From NCBI GenBank assembly GCA_025352985.1, contig JANXRL010000157.1, positions 1-58,724 on the forward strand: 58,724 bases of DNA, read 5' to 3'. This document shows positions 1 to 9,900 of this stretch, one piece after another. Every line of letters begins with the position of its first letter. Position 1 is the stretch's first letter. Under the pieces are notes generated by a model, which saw nothing but the letters and a program-made list of their open reading frames with translations, was not told where the DNA came from and did not search any database. The position numbers were made by a program, and so were the translations under genes. This DNA is from Verrucomicrobiota bacterium (lineage in GTDB: Bacteria; Verrucomicrobiota; Verrucomicrobiia; Opitutales; Opitutaceae).

Positions 1-1
1 C

Positions 2-1330
2 CACGCCGCGCTCGTCGCCCGCCAGATGGGCAAGGTGTGCGTCTGCGGCGCCGCCGGCGTCGTGATCGACTACGACAAGAAGATCGCCGTCATCGACGGC
101 CAGACGTTCAAGGAAGGCGACTTCCTCTCCATCGACGGCACCTCCGGCCTCGTTTACGCGGGCCAGATCAAGACCGCCCCCTCCGAGATCATCTCCGGCC
201 TCCTCTCCGACGACAAAGAAGCGCAGAAGACCGAGAAGTATAAGAACTACGTGCAGCTCATGAAATGGTGCGCCCAGTCCACCAAGATGAGCGTCCGCAC
301 CAATGCCGACACCCCCAAGCAGGCCGCCGAGGCCATCGCTTTCGGTGCCGTCGGCATCGGCCTCGTCCGCACCGAGCACATGTTCTTCGAAGGCGACCGC
401 ATCGACGCGATGCGCGAGATGATCCTTGCCGATAATCTCCCCGCCCGCGAAACCGCCCTCGCCAAGCTCCTCCCCTACCAGCGCGACGACTTCTACGGAA
501 TCTTCAAGGCGCTCAAGGGCTATCCCGCGACCGTCCGCTTCCTCGATCCGCCCCTGCACGAGTTCCTCCCGAACTCCAAGGAAGCGCAGATGGATCTCGC
601 CCGGAAACTCAACGTTCCCGTCGAGAAGATCATCCACCGCGTCCACGAGCTGCATGAGTTCAACCCCATGCTCGGCTTCCGCGGCTGCCGTCTCGGCATC
701 AAGTTCCCCGAGATCACCCGCATGCAGGCCCGCGCCGTTCTCGAAGCGGCCGCCGATGCGACCAAAGCCGGCTACAAGGCCAAGCCCGAGATCATGATCC
801 CGCTCGTCGGTTTCAAGAAGGAGCTCGATCTCCAGGTCGCCATCGTTCACGAGGTCGCCGCTCTCGTGCAGAAGGAGAAGAAGGTGAAGATCGCCTACTC
901 CGTCGGCACCATGATCGAAATCCCCCGCGGTGCTCTCACCGCCGACGAAATCGCCCAGACCGCCGAGTTCTTCAGCTTCGGCACGAACGACCTCACGCAG
1001 ACCTGCTTGGGCATGTCCCGTGACGACTCCGGCAGCTTCCTCGGCACCTACACCGAAAACGAAATCGTGAAGAAGAACCCCTTCGCCTCGATCGACCAGA
1101 CCGGTGTGGGCCAGCTCGTGAAGATCGCCTGTGAGAAGGGCAATGCGACCCGCCCCGGCATCAAGCTCGGCATCTGCGGCGAACACGGCGGCGACCCGGA
1201 TTCCGTCAAGTTCTGCCACAAGGTGGGTCTGACGTATGTCTCCTGCTCGCCCTACCGCGTCCCCGTCGCCCGCCTCGCCGCCGCCCAGGCCGCCATCGAG
1301 GAAAAGCGCGCCGCCGCCAAGAAGAAGTAA
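2..1330 (+). CDS. ppdK: Pyruvate phosphate dikinase, C-terminal part (5' end lies outside the window)
   Basis: Frame is open from nt 2 ([11 protein letters not shown], phospho-His region). Contains [34 protein letters not shown] and ICGEHGGDP motifs. Confidence 0.97.
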   Translation, partial: HAALVARQMGKVCVCGAAGVVIDYDKKIAVIDGQTFKEGDFLSIDGTSGLVYAGQIKTAPSEIISGLLSDDKEAQKTEKYKNYVQLMKWCAQSTKMSVRTNADTPKQAAEAIAFGAVGIGLVRTEHMFFEGDRIDAMREMILADNLPARETALAKLLPYQRDDFYGIFKALKGYPATVRFLDPPLHEFLPNSKEAQMDLARKLNVPVEKIIHRVHELHEFNPMLGFRGCRLGIKFPEITRMQARAVLEAAADATKAGYKAKPEIMIPLVGFKKELDLQVAIVHEVAALVQKEKKVKIAYSVGTMIEIPRGALTADEIAQTAEFFSFGTNDLTQTCLGMSRDDSGSFLGTYTENEIVKKNPFASIDQTGVGQLVKIACEKGNATRPGIKLGICGEHGGDPDSVKFCHKVGLTYVSCSPYRVPVARLAAAQAAIEEKRAAAKKK

Positions 1331-1342
1331 GCCTTCCAAAAC

Positions 1343-1365
1343 GTAGGAGCCTGCTTGCAGGCGAT
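1343..1365 (+). repeat. GTAG-type REP-like element
   Basis: GTAGGAGCCTGCTTGCAGGCGAT with GCCTGC-TT-GCAGGC hairpin; 21/23 identical to an inverted copy at 45825-45847. Confidence 0.65.
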
Positions 1366-1370
1366 TCCGC

Positions 1371-1403
1371 AAGCCCCGCGCCCCCACCGGCGCGGGGCTT
1401 TTT
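1371..1403 (+). terminator. Intrinsic terminator of ppdK
   Basis: 12-bp stem AAGCCCCGCGCC/GGCGCGGGGCTT running into a T tract. Confidence 0.85.
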
Positions 1404-1459
1404 CATGCACCTCTTCAGGCCGGCGATGCGTTGGCGCGCCGGGCGCGGAGGCGACCCAG

Positions 1460-2239
1460 TTAGATTTGGGCCGCGCCGCCGTCGATATAGAGTTCGACGC
1501 CGTTGACGTAGCTGGCGTCGTCGGACGCCAGAAACAAGACCGCCTTGGCGACCTCGTCCGGCGTGCCCGTGCGACCGCTGGGCACCGTGGCGACGACTTG
1601 CGCCTTTATGGCGTCCAGTTGCTCGTCGCTGAGACCGAGTTCGGTTTTGTAGCCAGGCGTGATCACCGTGCCCGGGGCGACGACGTTGACCCGGATCTGG
1701 CGCGCCTTGAGATCCACCGCCCAGGTGCGGGCAAAGGATCGCAACGCCGCTTTGGTCGCGGCATACACCCCAAAGGCGGGAAACCCCTTCGTGGAGACCA
1801 TGGATCCGTTGAGCACGATGGCTGAGCCGGCCGGCATCAGGGCCAACGCCTTCTGCACCGTGAAGAGCGTGCCCTTCACGTTAATGCCAAAGTAGCGGTC
1901 AAAGTGTTCCTCCGTGACCTGCTCACGCGGCACGAAAACGCCGCCGCCAGCGTTGGCGAAAAGCACGTCGAGACGGCCGGCCTGGGATTTGATCGTGGCG
2001 AAAATCCGGTCGAGATCGGTCGGTTTGGCAATGTCTCCCTGGATGCCGGTCGCCTGGTCGCCCAGTTCGCGGACGGCGGCGTCGAGTTCCGCCTGACGGC
2101 GCCCAGTAACAAAGACCCGGGCGCCCTCGGCGATGAAGCGCTTGGCCGTGGCAAGGCCGAGGCCGCTGCTGCCTCCCGTGATGAGGGCGATCTTGCCGGC
2201 GAGTTTGCTGGAAGAAGAAAATCTGGCGGTGGAGTTCAT
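1460..2239 (-). CDS. SDR family oxidoreductase
   Basis: TGGSSGLG, ANAG and YAATK motifs; ATG at 2239 chosen as start. Confidence 0.93.
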   Translation of the reverse strand: MNSTARFSSSSKLAGKIALITGGSSGLGLATAKRFIAEGARVFVTGRRQAELDAAVRELGDQATGIQGDIAKPTDLDRIFATIKSQAGRLDVLFANAGGGVFVPREQVTEEHFDRYFGINVKGTLFTVQKALALMPAGSAIVLNGSMVSTKGFPAFGVYAATKAALRSFARTWAVDLKARQIRVNVVAPGTVITPGYKTELGLSDEQLDAIKAQVVATVPSGRTGTPDEVAKAVLFLASDDASYVNGVELYIDGGAAQI

Positions 2240-2376
2240 GTTGTTTGGCGGAGGTGAATCCGGGTTGGATCGGTTGTTTGGCTGACGGGCCAAGAATAGC
2301 GGATAAACCCGTAACTGCCCATTGCCGTGTTTTTGGGGTCACCCATACTTTTACTTAATCGCCAGCGACCTTACCC

Positions 2377-2948
2377 ATGGAGCTTCGTCATCTGCGCTAT
2401 TTTACCGCGGTCGCCGCGCACGGCGGCTTTTAGCGTGCGGCCGGAATTCTTCATGTGACCGCCCCGGCACTCAGCCGACAGGTGAAGGACCTCGAAGACG
2501 AATTGGGCGTGGTTCTCTTTAAGCGGGGCAAGAACACCATCACCCTGACGCCCGAGGGGGAATTGTTCTACGAGGAGGCGCGCGAGGTGCTCGCACGTGC
2601 CGATCTGGCGATCCGGCGCATGCGCGGCGGACTGAAGGGTGACGTGCTCCGGGTCGGTTACGTGCCGTCACTCGTCGCCGGCCTGATGCCGCGGGCCATC
2701 GAGAAATTCCAAGTGACCACGCCGCGCGTGCGCCTTGAGTTGTCCGACCTCACCCCGCGTGAAAAGGCGGAGAAAGCCGCGGCGGGCCTGCTTGATCTGG
2801 TGATCCTGCCGGGCCGGTTTGGAGTCGGCCTTGAAGGCCTTTGTCTGGACAGAACTGGCCCAATTGGCCGCAGTCTTAGTGCTGCCCGAGTCTCACCCGC
2901 TGGCAAAACTCAAAAAGATCCCGCCGTCCCGGTTGAGCGACCTGCCCT
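2377..2948 (+). pseudogene. LysR family regulator, disrupted
   Basis: MELRHLRYFTAVA HTH start at 2377; in-frame TAG at 2431-2433; +1 frameshift near 2810-2818 (VLPESHPLAKLKKIP continues in another frame); truncated where a ppdK fragment begins. Confidence 0.88.
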
Positions 2949-2989
2949 TGCTCGCCCTACCGCGTGCCCGTCGCCCGCCTCGCCGCCGC
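2949..2989 (+). repeat. 41-bp copy of ppdK 1244-1284
   Basis: 40/41 identical to the ppdK segment coding [13 protein letters not shown]. Confidence 0.9.
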
Positions 2990-3210
2990 GCTCGCTGGTC
3001 ATGCGTCGCTTTTCACCCTCACCCGCCGCGACCGTGCTGAAGATAGGTCTTCCGTCAGCACAGCCCAACGTCCACGCGGAGAAATTTTCCCCAATGCTGC
3101 GAGACGAATCCTCGCGCCTTGATTGCTAAGTCATCACATGCGGCGATCCGACGGGGTCCGGCCGACTATTATTGTATTTTCATCTATAGCCGCTCAGGGC
3201 GCTGTGCGAG

Positions 3211-3323
3211 TGACGACTCCGGCAACTTCCTCGGCGTCTAAACCAAAAACGAAATCGTGACCCAAAACCCCTCCGCCTTGATCGACCAGACCGGTATCGG
3301 CCAGCTCCTCCAGATCGCCTGTG
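3211..3323 (+). pseudogene. Degenerate ppdK fragment (copy of 1021-1133)
   Basis: Ungapped manual alignment, 97/113 identical; TAC>TAA stop at 3239-3241. Confidence 0.9.
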
Positions 3324-3407
3324 GACAGAGCCTCCAAACCAACGCTGTGCTCGCAGCCACTCATTAAGGTATGCAAAAACTCGGCTCGCCACCCTTTTCC
3401 ATAATCA

Positions 3408-4311
3408 TTGATACCCCCTCCCGTCATGCGCTACGACGGCAGCCGCCTGCGCGCCGACCCCGCCGTCCTCTCGGCCTACGCCAACTACCTGCTGCTCGCC
3501 GTCCGCGCCTTCCGCGCCGAGGACGTTTCCATTTCCCAACTCCACGTCCAAAACGAGCCCAACTCCGACCAGAAGTTTCCCTCGTGCCTGTGGACCGGCG
3601 AGTCCATGCGCGACTTCATCCGCGACCACCTCGGCCGGCGTTTCGCGGCTGCCGGCGAGTCCTGCGAGCTTTGGGCCGACACCCTCGAACGCGGTGCACT
3701 CCAAGGCTGGCTGCCCGACCAGATCGACGGCGATTGTTACCATAATTGGCTGCACACCATCATGGCAGATCAGGACGCCCGCACCTTCATGAAAGGCGTC
3801 GGCTACCAGTGGGCCGGCAAGGGCGCGCTTGCCCAGACTCGCGCCGAGTGGCCCGACCTCCCCGTCATCCAGACCGAAGGCGAGTGCGGCGACGGCAAAA
3901 ACACGTGGAGCTACGCCTTCTACGTCTTCGATCTGCTCTGGCAGTATTTTAACCACGGCGCCTCCGCCTACGCTTACTGGAACATGATTCTCCCACCCGG
4001 CGGCGAGAGCACCTGGGGCTGGCGGCAAAACACGATGATCACTGCCGACGGTGCGGGCGGCGCCGTCACCTTCAATCCCGAATCCTATATGATAAAGCAC
4101 CTCGCCCACTTCGTCCGCCCGGGCGCGCGTTTCATCCCTCTGCGCGGCAACCTGGCCGGCTTCGCCCTAGCCTTCCTCAAACCCGGCGAACGCCACGTGC
4201 TCGCGCTCGCCAACCCCGCCTCCGCCGGACGCCACCATCGGCTTGGATCTGCCTTTCCTGCGCGGCCGCATCGCCCTGCCCGCCCGTTCCCTCACCACTT
4301 GGAGTGAATAG
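3408..4311 (+). pseudogene. Glycoside hydrolase family 30 remnant
   Basis: QNEP acid/base and QTEGECG nucleophile motifs, YWNMIL, HLAHFVRPGARF. N-terminal part is missing. The C-terminal LPARSLTT strand lies in the +1 frame after ~4225. Confidence 0.8.
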
Positions 4312-4376
4312 CCAGCCTCACCGCCTGAGCAGCAAATTATCGACTACTTACAACTTGGAATCTAAACCACGTCGTT

Positions 4377-5072
4377 ATGTTGCGCGCCATCGCCTTATTT
4401 TTGTTCGCCGCCGGTTTACTGGAGGCCGCCCCCAGAACGTTTACTGACCAAGCGGGACGCACCGTCACTGCTGAAATTGTCTCCGTTCAGAATGACCAAG
4501 TCATCATCCGGCGCGACGACGGCCAGTCCTTCACGCTCGCGATTTCGACTCTAAGCGACGACGACCGGAAATACCTTGGCGACTGGTCCGCAAACCAAAA
4601 AACTGCAGTCAAACAGGCGCCCGATGAAAAATTCGTTCCCGACCCCAAAAAAATCGTCGTCGGCCTAAGCCGCGGGAAATTCGATTCACACACGCTGGCA
4701 AAGTTCGATGGCTATACCCACAAGCACGAAGACTGGGGCTATATCGTGCAGATCATCAACAATCACCTCCGTCCGCTCGAAAAAATCCGCTTCGAATACA
4801 ATATTTTATCGCGGACGTTTAGCGATACCACCTCCCCCACCATGATCTCCGGAACCAAGTCCATCGCCGCGTTGAAGACCGGCGGTTCAGAAACTTTCCG
4901 CACCCAATCCGCTGAAGTTTGCAAACGGCGAGACATCTACTTCGGCAACGAAAGCGGCGAATTGCGCGGCATCTGGATCAGGCTCTATGTCGGCGACCAG
5001 CTCGTGTCCGAACAATCCTCGCCTGAATCTTTGATGGCCAAGGAAAAATGGTCAAAGCCCACCGCCGACTGA
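4377..5072 (+). CDS. Secreted protein with SHD1-like domain
   Basis: Signal peptide followed by RTFTDQAGRTVTAEIVSV...LSDDDRKYL. Confidence 0.75.
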   Translation: MLRAIALFLFAAGLLEAAPRTFTDQAGRTVTAEIVSVQNDQVIIRRDDGQSFTLAISTLSDDDRKYLGDWSANQKTAVKQAPDEKFVPDPKKIVVGLSRGKFDSHTLAKFDGYTHKHEDWGYIVQIINNHLRPLEKIRFEYNILSRTFSDTTSPTMISGTKSIAALKTGGSETFRTQSAEVCKRRDIYFGNESGELRGIWIRLYVGDQLVSEQSSPESLMAKEKWSKPTAD

Positions 5073-5145
5073 TCCGGGCGCTCATCCTTGAAGTTTGCTT
5101 TTAACACCGCAGAAAGGCATTTACGCGGTGGTGAAAGGCTGGCTC

Positions 5146-6678
5146 ATGGATTTCTTACGCTTGTTGTGGGCGTTCCCCTACTGGAACGCGCGCAAGACGC
5201 TATTCCGGTTGCGCGGAGCCCGGAGTTCCTGCCCTTGCCAAGTGCCCAGCGACTCGGGAAAGGCTCACGTCACGGGATGCGAAGCGGTGTTTGATTGGCA
5301 TAAACCGGAACGCTTTCGCAAGGTGTGCCCGTTGCTGGAACGCGGGGCCGACGGACGCTGGTGCTGCCGCGTGAATGCGAACGAAGTGAGGCCGTTCTGG
5401 GGACTGGCGGCGCGGACAGCCGCACTGACGCTGGTTACCGTCTTTCTGATCGTAACGCTGGGCGCATGGGCCGGCCTGCGTGCCATCGGTTATCAGGCGA
5501 AGCTTTACCAACTGCTCTGGCCGCCGGCATGGCATGAATTGAACGTGGTCCGCTCGGATTATTTCGTGGGCAATGCACGATCAGCCTACACCGAGGGCCA
5601 CATCAATGAGGCCATGATCTCAATGACCATCGCCTACCAGTTGAACCCCTCCAACTATGCAGCCGGCATGATGCTCGCGCATTTTCGCCAGGCGGACAAC
5701 CCTACCTTGGCGGACAAACTCTACCGCCAATTGCGAGACAGCCACCCGGAAAAACGCCCGGCCACCACGCAAGTGTGGCTCAACCACCTGTTAGTCCATG
5801 CCGCCTATGAGCAGGTCGCGCTGCTGGCCCGCGAAGAGCTGGCGCATTCACCCCGCGAAGCGGCCTGGGTGAACGCGCTGCTGTTCGCCGCCCGCCAACT
5901 GCACGACCCTGCGCTGCTGGATACAGGCGCACCCGGTCGGCCAAAACTCGCCCTGGAGTGGCGCACGATCCTAGAAATCGAGGCGGAGACCCTCCGCGGC
6001 ACTCTGAAAGGCGAAGCGTTGCAAAACAGCCTGCGCACGCTCGCAGCCGAGACCGCCAACGGCTATATGCTGTATTACGCGCTCGACCGGCAGATCACCC
6101 TCGGCACCAGCGGAGGGATGCTGGCGCAAGTCCGGGCCGCCCGCAGTCGTTTGCCTGGTCGCACGGTTTTGGCACTCGGCCTCGCCGCCTATGCTGCGGC
6201 AAAGGACGACGCAGGCCGCGGCCGCGAAATCGCGGCCTTACTGGCCAACCGAAAAAAACTCGGTGATGCCGAGATCGAGGTGTTATGCACCCATCTCATC
6301 CGCTATCCCCACCCCGCCTCTCTCCGCGCCCTTGTCGATCTCTGGCGGCATGACCCCACGGTGCCCCGTGCCGAACAGATGCCATTGTATATCGCTCTTT
6401 ATTGCGCGGCCGCCGGCGGCGTGGATGATACGACCAGGAGTCAGGCCGAAACATGGATAAAATTAGAAGCCAATGAGTTACCTCGCATGCTTCCATTACT
6501 GAATCGCGCTTTAGCACCAACCGGAAAGGAAAGCCCTAGGGCCGACCTTTTAACAGGCCTGCCAACCCTACCGCTAGAGGTCACTTATGCCATTCTTGAT
6601 AAATTAGGTTATAACAAAAGTAAGCCTGCCCTCCCCGCAGGTAAAGATCCCGCAGTCCCTGAATCCTCCAAACGCTAG
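5146..6678 (+). CDS. Hypothetical membrane protein with Cys-rich N-terminus, one TM helix and a TPR-like helical region
   Basis: Long ORF; CPCQ..C..C..CC cluster; hydrophobic helix; AMISMTIAYQLNPSN TPR-like turn. Start at ATG 5146 is inferred. Confidence 0.65.
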   Translation: MDFLRLLWAFPYWNARKTLFRLRGARSSCPCQVPSDSGKAHVTGCEAVFDWHKPERFRKVCPLLERGADGRWCCRVNANEVRPFWGLAARTAALTLVTVFLIVTLGAWAGLRAIGYQAKLYQLLWPPAWHELNVVRSDYFVGNARSAYTEGHINEAMISMTIAYQLNPSNYAAGMMLAHFRQADNPTLADKLYRQLRDSHPEKRPATTQVWLNHLLVHAAYEQVALLAREELAHSPREAAWVNALLFAARQLHDPALLDTGAPGRPKLALEWRTILEIEAETLRGTLKGEALQNSLRTLAAETANGYMLYYALDRQITLGTSGGMLAQVRAARSRLPGRTVLALGLAAYAAAKDDAGRGREIAALLANRKKLGDAEIEVLCTHLIRYPHPASLRALVDLWRHDPTVPRAEQMPLYIALYCAAAGGVDDTTRSQAETWIKLEANELPRMLPLLNRALAPTGKESPRADLLTGLPTLPLEVTYAILDKLGYNKSKPALPAGKDPAVPESSKR

Positions 6679-6971
6679 AATATGCCGGATCAGGCCCATT
6701 TCCGGTAATTAACAGGCTAAAAAATACCTCCCCCCCCCTGAAAGCCTTCTGAAATAAAAGCAGATATGTATAGGGTGAAAACCCCAGATAAAAATTGCCC
6801 CCAGCCTATCTTCGGCCATCATAAAAACTAGTATTATGGTAGCGCCTTTTTCTATCACCCGCAGCTCGCGCCGTTTTCCCGCGGCAGTTTGGAGCATTTC
6901 ACGTCGGCCCGAGGATGTATCCATGTTCGTAAACATCCCGTCGGGATAAACCTCGCAACGCGTCAAACACC

Positions 6972-9900
6972 GTGAAACTGCGCGTCATCCTATCGCTTGC
7001 GACCTTCATCCTCGGATGCGTTTACGCCTCCGCCCAGGTGCAGAACATCAGTGCGTGGACGCTTCAAACCTCGGATGCTGCGGATCAGACCGTCGGCGGT
7101 ATCACCTACCAAAATAACTACGCCACGCCGCTCACCATCACCACGGCCGTCGGAACATATGACGCTGGAACCGCCGGCGCCGGCGCCGACGATGTTTTTA
7201 TCCGTCGTAACACCGCCACGCCCACAGGCACCACGAACGTCGCCGGCCAAGCCGTCAGCATTCTCTCCTCCGCCTCAGGCGGCACGACCGTTTACGGCAC
7301 CTACAACGCCACCATGAAGGACCTCCTTCTCGGCGGTAATGTCCTCAACTCCACTTGGGATACCTTCGCCAACACCTCCAGTGGTGCCGGCGGCGTAGGC
7401 CATAATATCGAGCGCATCGATTTCGTCTGGTCCACCGGCTACACCGTCGTCGGCGACGAAGTTCTCATTGTTTTTAATTTCGACCCCGTAGGTGGCCAAG
7501 ACGATTTCCGTGTCGCCGTTTTCACCGGCATCGACAACAGCGCAAACAAACTCCCCACCGCCTACGCCAATACCGGCGTCCTCGTCACCGGCACCTCCTA
7601 TCCCGACAAGCTGCCCCTCCCTCTCTCCGGTAATCCCATCACCTCCACCTCGACCGGTTTCCGCACCACTGCCACCGACAACCTCTCCGGCACCGCCCTG
7701 AGCATCGGCGACTCCCAGACCGTCGGCATCGGCGGCGTCGCCATCAGTCTCACCAGTCTCGGTATCACCGCTGGTCAAACTATCTTCGGCTACTCCCTCC
7801 TCTCCGCCGACACCGCCGTCAGCACCGCCGCCAGCCTCATCGATTTCACGAACTCGAGCATCTACCCCACCAGCACTCCCAACGCCGATGCCAGCGGCAC
7901 CGCCGACTTCTCCACCTTCGGCGGCAAGATCGCCACGATCCAGACCACCAGCATCGGCTCCGCCGCCTACGAGTGGAGCGGCAACGCGGGCACCACCAAA
8001 TGGGGCTCCACCGCCGGCGGCGAATCCAACACCAACTGGTATTCCCCTATCGCCGCCGAAACCAACCGCACTCCTTTCAAAAACGCTGACGTGATCTTCG
8101 GAGGTCTCCCTTCGACCAACCAACTCGTGGATCTCGATAACAACGTCGCGGTTCGCTCGATGACCTTTGACGGCCGCGCCAACTACACCATCGGCACAGC
8201 GGCCGACACCCCCACCATCACACTAGGAGATCCGAACCTCGCCGGCAGCCCCTCCGTCAATGTCACCAAAGTCAATGGCGACTACAAACAATACGCCATC
8301 AACGCCAACATCAACGTGGCCGAAGACCTGGCCATTAACAACAACTCCCATTCGAGTCTTTGTTTCGACGGAACCATCACGACCAACAGCACCGTGTTCC
8401 CGAGCGGTAGTGACATAACCGTCACAGGAACAGGCTCTGTGAATTTCGACGGCGCCATCTCCGGCTCTGGCAACCTAACGGTAAACACCTCCGCCATTGC
8501 CACGCTGAACGCCAATAATTCCACCTCCGTATGGATCGGTAATGTCGATGTTCAAGCCGGTCAGCTCGTCATCACCGCCGATGGGGCTCTAGGCGGTTCC
8601 GTCTCGCGCACCAACGACCTAGCACGCACCACTGGCAATACCTCCCTTCAGGTCGCCAACGCCAACGCCGCCGATCTGAAGGTCGGCCAGCTCGTCACCG
8701 GCACCGGCATCCCCGCCGGCACCTATATCACCGGCATCTCCGCCGGCGTCTCCGAAACCACCATCACCCTATCCAACGCCCTCACCGGCGCAGTCACCAA
8801 TACCGCCTCCATCACCTTCGCCGGCGCCACCACCGTGGAAAACGGCGCTTCCCTCACCATCCGCCCCAGCAGCACCGGCACTCCGCTAAGCTACACCGCC
8901 ACTCAGACCATCACTCTCAACGGCAATGGCGTCTGGAACGGCCCCACCACCGCCGGTGCCCTCTACAACGACGGCGGCAACAACACCCTCGGCTCCGCCG
9001 TCAGCATCCGCCTCGGCTCCGACTCCAGCATCGGTTCCCGCGATGGCAACCTCACCATCAACGGCGTCATTTCGGGCGCCTATAGTCTCACCAAGCTTGG
9101 CGAAGGCGTCGTGACCCTTGCCAACTCCGCCAACTCCTACAGCGGTTCCACCATCATCTCAAACGGCGCCCTCCGCATCACTGCCGAGACCGCGCTGCCC
9201 GGCGGCTTCGCCACCAGCGCTCCCTCGGGAGGCAACCTGCAACTCGCCGGCGGCGTCTTGGAGATTGGCACCGCCACCAGTTTCACCCGTGCGCTCGGCA
9301 CATCCGCCGACCAAGTGCAGTGGACCGGCGACGGCGGTTTCTCCGCCTACGGCGGGGCTCGCAACGTCACCTTGGCAGGCGGTGACGTCACATGGGGCTC
9401 CGGTTCCTTCGTCCCCACCGGCAACGCCCTCGTTCTAGGCTCCGCCTATGCCGACAACACTGTCACTTTTTACAACAACATCGCGCTCGGCTCCGTTACC
9501 CGTGAAGTGCGCGTGATTGATGGCACCAGCAACACCACGGGGGCGGTGGATGGCGTCCTCTCCGGCATCATCTCCGGCTCCGGTGGCCTAAACAAAACCG
9601 GCAACGGCACCCTTGAGCTTACCAACACCGGCAATACTTATAGCGGCAACACCATCATTTCCGGGGGAGCACTGCGCATTACCTCCGAGGCGGCCCTGCC
9701 TGGCGGCTTTGCCACCGGTTCCCCCCCCGGCGGCAACCTGCAACTCGCCGGCGGCGTCCTCGAAATAAACACCGCAACCAGTTTCACCCGTGCGCTCGGC
9801 ACATCCGCCGACCAAGTGCAGTGGACCGGCGACGGCGGTTTCTCCGCCTACGGCGGGCCTCGCAACGTCACCTTGGCAGGCGGCGGCGTCACATGGGGCT

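Noticed and set aside
2431-2433. In-frame TAG in LysR as recoding (pyrrolysine or read-through)
   Set aside because: The same gene also has a frameshift and a truncation, other genes in the window end at TAG, and no pyl genes are present. Decay is the simpler explanation.
2455-3129. 224-aa ORF as an intact LysR
   Set aside because: It lacks the first HTH helix and its C-terminal part is out-of-frame sequence.
6730-6738. C9 tract upstream of the PEP-CTERM gene (and C8 at 9721-9728) as phase-variation switches
   Set aside because: Short C runs are expected in this C-rich strand and no length variation can be seen from a single sequence.
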